Position numbers and translations under genes: made by a program. 64,000 nucleotides of DNA from Dehalococcoidia bacterium (GTDB lineage Bacteria; Chloroflexota; Dehalococcoidia; UBA2979), in assembly GCA_965219085.1 (NCBI GenBank), contig OZ244720.1, positions 864,001 to 928,000 on the forward strand, written 5' to 3'. Under the pieces are notes generated by a model. The model had not been told where the DNA came from and made no database searches. It was given only the letters and a program-made list of their open reading frames with translations. The stretch's first letter is position 1. Each line of letters starts with the position of its first letter. This document shows, piece by piece, positions 53,779-64,000 of the stretch.

Positions 53779-53898
53779 GGCGTCCGTATCACCCGCCGCC
53801 GTACGTCACCGCTGCAAGGGTCGCGTGCAGCGTACTACGGCCGCGATCCCTCGCGTTCCCAGTGTATGCGAAGTGGGGCCCGGCGCGTACGGCGGCTG

Positions 53899-54318
53899 CT
53901 ATAGCCCCCGGTACTTGCGGAGGACGCGGATCCGCGACTGCGCCCGCAACAGCGCGCTGCGTGCGCGCGCCATGTCGAGCGCCTCTTCGAGGGTCACGCT
54001 GGCCTCGATGCGCTCGGTGGCGCGGACGCGCGCGGCCTCCGCGCGCTCCTCGTCGATCTCGTCGAGGCTCTCTGCGGCGTCGGCAAGGACGGTGACCTGA
54101 TCGCGCAGGATCTGGATGAAGCCGCCGTGCACGACCATGGGCTCGCGGTCACCGCCGGCGACCGTGACCAACTCGCCGATGTCGAGGCTGGCCATGAGTG
54201 CGGCGTGGCCGGGCAGCAGCGTGATCTGGCCCTCGGTAGTGGGCACGATCAACCGCTGCACGTCGTCGCGCGCGCTGACCTCGCGCTCGGCCGTGACGAT
54301 CGAGACCTGCAGCGGCAT
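53899..54318 (-). CDS. atpC: ATP synthase epsilon
   Basis: GQITLLPGHA, GGFIQI, VTVLADAAE. Last gene of the atp operon. Confidence 0.93.
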   Translation of the reverse strand: MPLQVSIVTAEREVSARDDVQRLIVPTTEGQITLLPGHAALMASLDIGELVTVAGGDREPMVVHGGFIQILRDQVTVLADAAESLDEIDEERAEAARVRATERIEASVTLEEALDMARARSALLRAQSRIRVLRKYRGL

Positions 54319-54324
54319 GCTCGC

Positions 54325-55773
<1,449 letters not shown>

Positions 55774-56685
55774 CTAGCGTTCGACTGCGGCGGTCCCGCC
55801 GACGATGTCGAGCAGCTCGCTGGTGATGAGTTCCTGTCGGGCCTTGTTGTAGGTCAGCGTGAGCGACCCGACCATGTCCTCGGCGGCGTCGGTGGCGGCG
55901 TGCATGGCGACCATGCGAGCCGACTGCTCAGAGGCAGCGGACTCCAGGATGGCGCCGTAAATCTGCATCTCCACGTAGCGCGGCAGCAGCGTCTCCAGCA
56001 GCCCCGCCGGGGACGGCTCGAAGATGAAGTCGACCGAGCCGCCCGCAGCGGCCATGTCGTCGCCCATCTCGTCGTCGTCCTCGGGCGGCTGGATCGGAAG
56101 GATCTGGCGCACGGTCGGTCGCTGGACGGCGGTGTTCACGAAGCGCTGGAAGCCGATGTAGACCTGATCGATCTCCCCGGCGATGTAGTCGTTCACGACG
56201 ATGCGCGAGATCGGCAGCGTCTCCGCCATCGTCGGGTAGTCACCGAGATCGGTGAACTCGGCGAGCTGCGGGAAGCCCGCCCGGCGGAAGAAGTCGCGCC
56301 CCTTGCGCCCCACCGAGATCACCGAGACCTGGTCGACGTCCGGCTGGTGCTCGAGGGCGAGCGCGGCGCCGGCGCGGTTCATGTTGGAGTTGAGCCCGCC
56401 GGCGAGACCGCGGTTCGCCGTGATGTGGATGAACGCGAAGTGGCTCACGGGCCGCTGCTCCAGCAGCGGGTGCGAATCGTCGCCGCCGCTCGTGTCGCTC
56501 GACTCCGCGAGCCGCATCAGCACGGCGCGCATCTGCTCGGCGTAGGGGCGCGCGGAGAGCGCACGGTCCTGCGCGCGCCGCATCTTCGACGCGGCGACGA
56601 GCTCCATGGCCTTGGTGACCTTGGCCGTGTTCTCGACCGAGTGCATGCGGTCGCGGATGGCACGGACCTGGCCGGCGCCTGGCAT
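55774..56685 (-). CDS. atpG: ATP synthase gamma
   Basis: KVTKAMELVAASK, SEQSARMVAM, YNKARQELIT. Confidence 0.97.
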   Translation of the reverse strand: MPGAGQVRAIRDRMHSVENTAKVTKAMELVAASKMRRAQDRALSARPYAEQMRAVLMRLAESSDTSGGDDSHPLLEQRPVSHFAFIHITANRGLAGGLNSNMNRAGAALALEHQPDVDQVSVISVGRKGRDFFRRAGFPQLAEFTDLGDYPTMAETLPISRIVVNDYIAGEIDQVYIGFQRFVNTAVQRPTVRQILPIQPPEDDDEMGDDMAAAGGSVDFIFEPSPAGLLETLLPRYVEMQIYGAILESAASEQSARMVAMHAATDAAEDMVGSLTLTYNKARQELITSELLDIVGGTAAVER

Positions 56686-56739
56686 CTAGTGCTGCTCCTC
56701 TGCCGTTTCTTCCGTCGTTCGTTTCCCTGGACGCGGCCG

Positions 56740-58248
<1,509 letters not shown>

Positions 58249-58299
58249 TGTTACCCCGTCGTCTTCCGGCGCCTCAGCTCACTTGAAGTCTGGGCGCTG

Positions 58300-58848
58300 C
58301 TAGAGGGTTCCCTGCTCGAGGCGCTGACGCAGTCCGCGCAACGCTGTGCGCGTCGACCCGTCGATCAGGCGGTCGCCGATGCGAATCACGGCCCCGCCGA
58401 TGAGCTCCGGGTCGACCTCGGTTTCGACTTCCACGGTGCGGCCCGTGCGCCGCGCCAACTCCTCGGCGAAGCGCCCGCGGCGCTCGTCGTCGATCTCGAC
58501 GGCGGTGCGCACCAGCGCCCGCGCGACCCCGCGACGCTCATCGAGCAACTCGCGGTAGTACGACGCGATCGAGGGGCCGAGGGCGAGGCGCTTCTTGCGC
58601 CGCAGCAACCGCAACAGGTTGAGCTGCGTCTCCCCGATGTCCGGGAGGACGCGGCGCACGATGTCCTGGAAGGCCTCGTCCGTCATGCCGTCGCCCTGTA
58701 GCGCGGTCACGTAGGCACCCTCGCTGGTCAGGGCCTCGAGGCCCTCGACGGCTTCGGTCCACGCGTCTGCCGTGGACTCGTCCTCGTCGAGGAAGGCCAT
58801 GATCGCGAGTGCGTAGCGGCGGCCGGCTACGTCGCGCGCTTCGGCCAT
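58300..58848 (-). CDS. atpH: ATP synthase delta
   Basis: RRYALA, VDPELIGG.VIRIGDRLIDGS. Confidence 0.93.
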   Translation of the reverse strand: MAEARDVAGRRYALAIMAFLDEDESTADAWTEAVEGLEALTSEGAYVTALQGDGMTDEAFQDIVRRVLPDIGETQLNLLRLLRRKKRLALGPSIASYYRELLDERRGVARALVRTAVEIDDERRGRFAEELARRTGRTVEVETEVDPELIGGAVIRIGDRLIDGSTRTALRGLRQRLEQGTL

Positions 58849-58866
58849 CGCCGCTCTCCGCCCGGC

Positions 58867-59499
58867 CTAGTTCTGGTCGCCGACGCCACCCTCGACCAGT
58901 ACCTCATCGATGAGGCGCTGGTGGGCGGCGCGGTCGAGCGACTGCCGGGTGACGCGCTCGGCGGCGGTGATGGTGAGGTCGGCGAACTCGCGGCGCAGGA
59001 GCTCGATCGCCTGATCGCGTTCGACCTGCACCTCTTCGCGGGCGCGGGTCACGATCTGCTCGGCGTCGGCACGGGCGCGGTCCTCGAGCTCCGCGCGCAG
59101 TTGCGCGGCGCCTTCCTGCGCCTGGGCGACGAATTCGCGTGCCTGCTGCTGCGCCTCCTCGATGGCCTGGCGCGCCTCGGCCTCACTGGCCGATGCGGAC
59201 GAGGCCGCCTGCTCGGCCCGTTCGAGGCCTTCCTGGATGCGCGCCTTGCGCTCATCCAGGAGCCGCAGGACGGGCTTGTACAGGAAGAGCCGCAACACGA
59301 TCAGCAGGATCGTGAAGTTGATCAGGTTCGACACCAGCGAGGGCAGGCTGAAGCCGAGGGCGGCAATGCCCCCGGTCTCCTCCGCCGCGCTGGCCAGGGC
59401 CGGCGACGCCGCGAGCAGCGCACCGCCCATGGCGGCCGCCGCCCGCGCTCCCGGCCGCGGCGCGAAGCGCAGCCCTCGCGGGCGTAGTCGATCGATCAT
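58867..59499 (-). CDS. atpF: ATP synthase subunit b, with signal-peptide-like N-terminal extension
   Basis: NLINFTILL...YKPVLRLLDERKARI, followed by coiled coil. Confidence 0.9.
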   Translation of the reverse strand: MIDRLRPRGLRFAPRPGARAAAAMGGALLAASPALASAAEETGGIAALGFSLPSLVSNLINFTILLIVLRLFLYKPVLRLLDERKARIQEGLERAEQAASSASASEAEARQAIEEAQQQAREFVAQAQEGAAQLRAELEDRARADAEQIVTRAREEVQVERDQAIELLRREFADLTITAAERVTRQSLDRAAHQRLIDEVLVEGGVGDQN

Positions 59500-59528
59500 C
59501 GTGACGCCTCGCTTGCTGTTGCCGCGTC

Positions 59529-59930
<402 letters not shown>

Positions 59931-60923
59931 TTATTCGTGCGCTGCTTCATGCTCCTCGTGCTCGTCGTGGGAGGTCACCGCGGACATCGCGAACACGAGC
60001 GTCAGCATCGCGAACACGAACGCCTGGATCAGCCCCACCAACAACTCGAGGCCATAGAACACGTTGATCAGCACCAGCGGCACCAGGAAGCTCATCATCA
60101 GCAACAGCACTTCGCCAGCGAAGACGTTGCCGAACAGCCGGAAGGTGAACGACACCATCCGGCCGAGCTCCGAGATCAGCTCCAGCAGCCCCACGAAGAC
60201 ATCGATGATGCCCATCGGTCGCAGCCTCGCCAGGTTGCCGAAGGCGAAGAATTTCTTGAGGTAGCCCACTCCCAGCGTGCTGAGCCCCCAGTACTCCACG
60301 AAAATGAAGGACATGATCGCCAGCGCGAGCGGCGCGTTCATGTCCGTCATCACGGACCGGAAGAGCGGCGCCAGCAGCCCGCTGAACGGGTCTCCGGCGT
60401 GCTCTGCTACAACTGCCTCTTGCTCTCTCGTGTCGATGGTCGTGGCCTGGAGCGGGATGTACGCGTAGTCGACGCCGGCGAACGAGCCCTGCTTGAACTC
60501 GGCCTGCACCTCGCCGTGACCGGGCTCGGTGACGCCCACCGCGAAGTTGATCGGCAGCAGGCCCATGTAGTTGGAGACGAGTACGTAGAAGAAGATGGTG
60601 GCGACGACCGGGAAGAAGCGGCGCGCGTTCGCCTCGCCGACGATCCCCTCGGTCATCGTGTAGAAGCCGCCCACGAACGCCTCGACGGCTCCGCTGATCC
60701 CGCTCGGCACGAGCGACATCGATCGGCTGGCCAGCACGGCCACCACGATCATCAGCGCGACCACGACCCACGACGTGAACATCGTGTTCGTGACCGCGAG
60801 CGGGCCGATGTCGAAGACGTGCTCGGGGGCGACGATGATAGCGGGAGTCGGCGGCTTGATGAATATGAAGCCACCGACGATGAGGACGACGATCCCGGCC
60901 ACGACGAGCCAGCGCACCGGCAA
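59931..60923 (-). CDS. atpB: ATP synthase subunit a
   Basis: SNYMGLLP, SFTFRLFGNVFAGE, ELLVGLIQAFVFAML. Confidence 0.96.
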   Translation of the reverse strand: MPVRWLVVAGIVVLIVGGFIFIKPPTPAIIVAPEHVFDIGPLAVTNTMFTSWVVVALMIVVAVLASRSMSLVPSGISGAVEAFVGGFYTMTEGIVGEANARRFFPVVATIFFYVLVSNYMGLLPINFAVGVTEPGHGEVQAEFKQGSFAGVDYAYIPLQATTIDTREQEAVVAEHAGDPFSGLLAPLFRSVMTDMNAPLALAIMSFIFVEYWGLSTLGVGYLKKFFAFGNLARLRPMGIIDVFVGLLELISELGRMVSFTFRLFGNVFAGEVLLLMMSFLVPLVLINVFYGLELLVGLIQAFVFAMLTLVFAMSAVTSHDEHEEHEAAHE

Positions 60924-60931
60924 CTCCCCGC

Positions 60932-61150
60932 TTATTGCTTGTCGGCCTGGCGGAGCACCCAGCTCAGCTGCCGATACGCGCCTGTGAAGCCCACCAGCAG
61001 CCCCAGTACCAGGAATGCCAGCGTGAGCACCGGATCAGTATCGAACCGGCGGTCCAACAGGTTCCCGATGAAGGTCAGTCCCACGATCGACGTGGCCAGA
61101 TAAAAGCCGATGCCGATCAGACCGACGGCCGGTGATCTCCAGACCCCCAC
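60932..61150 (-). CDS. AtpZ/AtpI-family small membrane protein
   Basis: Two TM helices with GNLLDRRFDTDP loop. First gene of the atp operon. Confidence 0.8.
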   Translation of the reverse strand: MGVWRSPAVGLIGIGFYLATSIVGLTFIGNLLDRRFDTDPVLTLAFLVLGLLVGFTGAYRQLSWVLRQADKQ

Positions 61151-61243
61151 GCCCTGGTTCCCTCCGGGGTAGAGGCCGCCGGGAGCCTAGCACGGGCCGA
61201 TCCCGCGATCAACGCGGGGAACCCGGCATGCAGCGCGGCGGCC

Positions 61244-61786
61244 TCAGCCCTCCTTCGGGTCGTCGTCGTCGCCGAGATTGTCGAGGTCGAGTTCGTCGAT
61301 GAAGTCGCTGAACGCGGAGAGCTTCTCAAGCTCCTCGGGCGTCACACTCGCCGGCCCATTGTCCGCCTCGACGCGCTCGCCCTCCTCGTTGAGCAGCACG
61401 CCGGCGCGGTCGAGCACGGACTCGTTCGCGTAGATGGGGACGCCCGCGCGCACGGCGAGAGCGATCGCGTCCGAGGGGCGCGAGTCCACCTCGAGCGTCT
61501 GCCCGTTGTGCTCGACGTTGATCTTGGCGAAGAAGGTGTCGTTCTCGAGATCGTTGACGATGACGAACTTCACGGTCGCGCCGAACTGGCCGATCACGTT
61601 GTGGAGCAGGTCGTGCGTGAGCGGGCGGGCGACGGTCTGTTCCTGGAGCCGCACGGCGATGGCGTCGGCCTCGGCAGGGCCGATCCAGATCGGGAGGTAG
61701 CGATCGGATCCCTGCTCGCGCAGGATGACGACCCGCTGGTAGTTGCGGAGACTTACCCGGATCGACTCGATCGTCATCTCGATCAT
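61244..61786 (-). CDS. Bifunctional nuclease family protein (DUF151)
   Basis: RYLPIWIGPAEA, RPLTHDL, DSRPSDAIALA. Confidence 0.92.
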   Translation of the reverse strand: MIEMTIESIRVSLRNYQRVVILREQGSDRYLPIWIGPAEADAIAVRLQEQTVARPLTHDLLHNVIGQFGATVKFVIVNDLENDTFFAKINVEHNGQTLEVDSRPSDAIALAVRAGVPIYANESVLDRAGVLLNEEGERVEADNGPASVTPEELEKLSAFSDFIDELDLDNLGDDDDPKEG

Positions 61787-61898
61787 GACGGGGCTCCGCC
61801 TTGGCTCCCGGATCGAAATCGAGTGTAGGTTCGCCGCTCCGAGGGCGTCAACGAACGTCACGTCACGCGACCACCGCGACGACGCGATCGACTTCGCT

Positions 61899-62132
61899 CT
61901 ACTCCTGAGCTTCCAACGCCCGCTCGATGGCTGGGTCGAGCGGCGGGCCGCGCTCGATCACGCGATCGGCGCGGCGGCGCAGCGTGGCGCGGTCGAGCAT
62001 CACGCGACGGTTGCACGTACGGCAGCGCAGGCCGATGTCGGCGCCGGTGCGCACCACATCCCACTCGAAGCCGCCGCAGGGATGCTTGCGTCGCAGCCGC
62101 AGCACGTCGCCCATGCGGATGTCGAGGACCAT
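61899..62132 (-). CDS. DUF951 family protein
   Basis: [30 protein letters not shown]. Confidence 0.9.
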   Translation of the reverse strand: MVLDIRMGDVLRLRRKHPCGGFEWDVVRTGADIGLRCRTCNRRVMLDRATLRRRADRVIERGPPLDPAIERALEAQE

Positions 62133-62134
62133 GC

Positions 62135-62950
62135 TCAGCCTCGCCGGGCGGCGTTGATCGCGTCGCGCAGCCGCGCGGCCTCGGCGCGCGCGGCGGAGGC
62201 GTAGTCCCCGCCCGTGCCGGCGTAGAGCACGCCGCGCGATGCGTTGACGAGGATGCCGCCGCTCTCGGCGTCCACCGCCGCCTGCACTGCCGCCTCCAGG
62301 TCGCCGGCCTGTGCGCCCACGCCCGGCATCAGCAGCAGCATATCGGGGCAGAGCGCGCGCACCTCGCGCGCCTCGCCCGGGTAGGTCGCCCCCACGACGA
62401 GCCCGACGTTTCCGTGCTCGTTCCACGCGCTCGCCGTCGCCGCGACCTGCAGGTAGAGCGGCCGCCCGCCCTCGCCCACCGGCAGGTCCTGGAAGTCGCC
62501 CGCTCCCGCGTTCGAGGTGCGGCACAGCACGAAGCTGTGCCGGTCCTCGTACGCGAGGAAAGGCTCGACGGCGTCGCGGCCGAGGTACGGGCTGACCGTG
62601 ACGCCGTGCGCTCCGAGTTGCTCGAAGACGGCGCGGGCGTAGTGCTCGCTGCTGTGCCCAACATCGCCGCGCTTTGCGTCCAGGAGCACCGGCACGTCGT
62701 CCGGGATCGCGGCGATGAGCGCCCACAACTCCTCGACGCCGTCGGGGCCGCGCGATTCGAAGAACGCCGCGTTGGGCTTGAAGCAGCAGACGAGGTCCGC
62801 CGTCGCCTCGACGATCGCTTCGAGGAAGGCCAGCGTGCCGACGCCGTCCGGGATGCGCCCCGGGTCAGGGTCGAGCCCGACGCACAGCAGCGAGTCGTTC
62901 GCCGCTGCGGCCGCCTCGTAGCGTTCACGGAACGTCGGGCCTGGCGTCAT
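62135..62950 (-). CDS. pyrF: Orotidine-5'-phosphate decarboxylase (type 2)
   Basis: [43 protein letters not shown]. Confidence 0.95.
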   Translation of the reverse strand: MTPGPTFRERYEAAAAANDSLLCVGLDPDPGRIPDGVGTLAFLEAIVEATADLVCCFKPNAAFFESRGPDGVEELWALIAAIPDDVPVLLDAKRGDVGHSSEHYARAVFEQLGAHGVTVSPYLGRDAVEPFLAYEDRHSFVLCRTSNAGAGDFQDLPVGEGGRPLYLQVAATASAWNEHGNVGLVVGATYPGEAREVRALCPDMLLLMPGVGAQAGDLEAAVQAAVDAESGGILVNASRGVLYAGTGGDYASAARAEAARLRDAINAARRG

Positions 62951-63750
62951 GCGGGAACCTCCTGGGCGACCTCGAGCAGCGGCAGGTCCGCGCCAGCCGC
63001 GCGCAGCCGCGTGAGGGTCGCCTCGAACGCCGCCGCGCCGCCGGTGGCCGTGCACTGCGCGGCGACCGGCTCGCCCTCGGGAATCGCGACGTTGTGGGCT
63101 TCGAGTTGCTGGCGCACGCGCCGCGCGACCGGCTCGGCGGTGTCGATGATCTCGACGCCCGGGCCGAGCATCGCGGCGAGCGCGGGGTGCAGGAACGCGT
63201 AGTGGGTGCAGCCCAGCGCGACCTCGTCGACGTCGTGCTCCCGCAGCTCCGCCACGGCGGCGCTCAGGATGCCCTCGACGCGCGCCCCGGCGATCTCGCC
63301 CGCTTCGACGAGGTCGGCGAGACCGGGCATGGGCACCGTGAGCACCTCGCGGCCCGCGGCGAAGCTCGCGTGCAGCCGCGCGAGGCGCTCGCCCCCGGCG
63401 GTGCTCGCCGTCGCCAGCACGGCGACGCGCCCGCTGCGCGTGCGCTCGACGGCGGGCTTGAGCGGCGGCTCCATGCCGACGATGGGCGCCCCGAATCGCT
63501 CGCGCAGCAGCTCGAGCGCGGCCGAGGAGGCGGTGTTGCACGCGATGACGAGCAGCGCGCAGCCCTCGCCGATGAGTCGCGCGCCAAGGTCCAGGGTGCG
63601 TCCGGCCACCTCGTCGGGTGGGCGGTCGCCGTAGGGGAAGCGGGCGGTGTCGGCGATGTAGCGGATGGGGAGCGCGGGCATGGCGCGCTGCATGGCGGCG
63701 ACGACGCTGAGGCCGCCGACGCCGGAGTCGAGCACCCCGACGGTGGTCAC
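62947..63750 (-). CDS. murI: Glutamate racemase
   Basis: DSGVGGLSV, FPYG, IACNTAS, LGCTHY. Confidence 0.95.
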   Translation of the reverse strand: MTTVGVLDSGVGGLSVVAAMQRAMPALPIRYIADTARFPYGDRPPDEVAGRTLDLGARLIGEGCALLVIACNTASSAALELLRERFGAPIVGMEPPLKPAVERTRSGRVAVLATASTAGGERLARLHASFAAGREVLTVPMPGLADLVEAGEIAGARVEGILSAAVAELREHDVDEVALGCTHYAFLHPALAAMLGPGVEIIDTAEPVARRVRQQLEAHNVAIPEGEPVAAQCTATGGAAAFEATLTRLRAAGADLPLLEVAQEVPA

Positions 63751-63859
63751 AGCGGAGGCTTCGGTAGCACGCATCAGGCTCCGGCCCGCCACGCGTCGAG
63801 GGTAGGGGCGAGGGGGGTGAGCGGGCAAGCAGGGCGTCGGCCGCGCACCCTCTGGACGG

Positions 63860-64000
63860 TCAGGCGGGCTGGTGCCGCTCGACGTGGATATCGCTCTCGC
63901 GTGCGCGCATCCGCGCGGCGTCGTGCCAGGCCTGCATCCGGAGCAGCATGTCCATGTCGACGGCGAACGCCTTCTCAATGCGCAGCGCCATCTCGGGTGA
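63860..64000 (-). CDS. HigA-family antitoxin, C-terminal part (runs off the window)
   Basis: Hand translation: SPEMALRIEKAFAVDMDMLLRMQAWHDAARMRARESDIHVERHQPA*. Confidence 0.8.
   Translation of the reverse strand, partial: SPEMALRIEKAFAVDMDMLLRMQAWHDAARMRARESDIHVERHQPA

Noticed and set aside
61194-61223. CCCGCG-ATCAA-CGCGGGGAAC hairpin resembling a CRISPR repeat
   Set aside because: Single copy with an atypical loop in a housekeeping intergenic region. More likely an ordinary stem-loop upstream of the atp operon.

Overview
High-GC bacterial window, probably Chloroflexota (Dehalococcoidia-like, possibly host/sponge-associated). That placement is inferred from gene content, not from a marker gene. 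The window has three zones. (1) 1-26.7 kb: the end of a cadherin/beta-propeller surface protein and panE, then a defence island. The island holds a decayed KAP NTPase, a type I R-M system (hsdM-hsdS-[PIN gene]-[hsdR 5' duplicate]-[DUF433/DUF5615 TA]-hsdR), a translationally coupled three-gene GHKL-ATPase module I cannot assign to a named system, a 5'-truncated DUF262/HNH nuclease and a phosphatase/ADP-ribosylglycohydrolase operon. (2) 26.8-36.7 kb: a nested IS cluster (IS256, two IS110-family, IS5, two IS481, ISNCY, IS21) and a broken NHL-repeat gene. (3) 36.8-64 kb: intact housekeeping genes (SPFH, ispH with a 3x78-aa N-terminal repeat fusion, aceE-aceF-lpdA, lipAB, solA, rex, mreB, murA, the F1Fo atp operon, pyrF, murI). 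The most striking signal is an intact IS1111-type element (27785-29397). Its 3' non-coding region has bridge/seek-RNA architecture, with guides that match its own flanks, and its target is a coding motif inside a different IS110-family transposase. The neighbouring transposase of that subgroup carries a mismatched version of the site. No rRNA, tRNA or CRISPR array was found.
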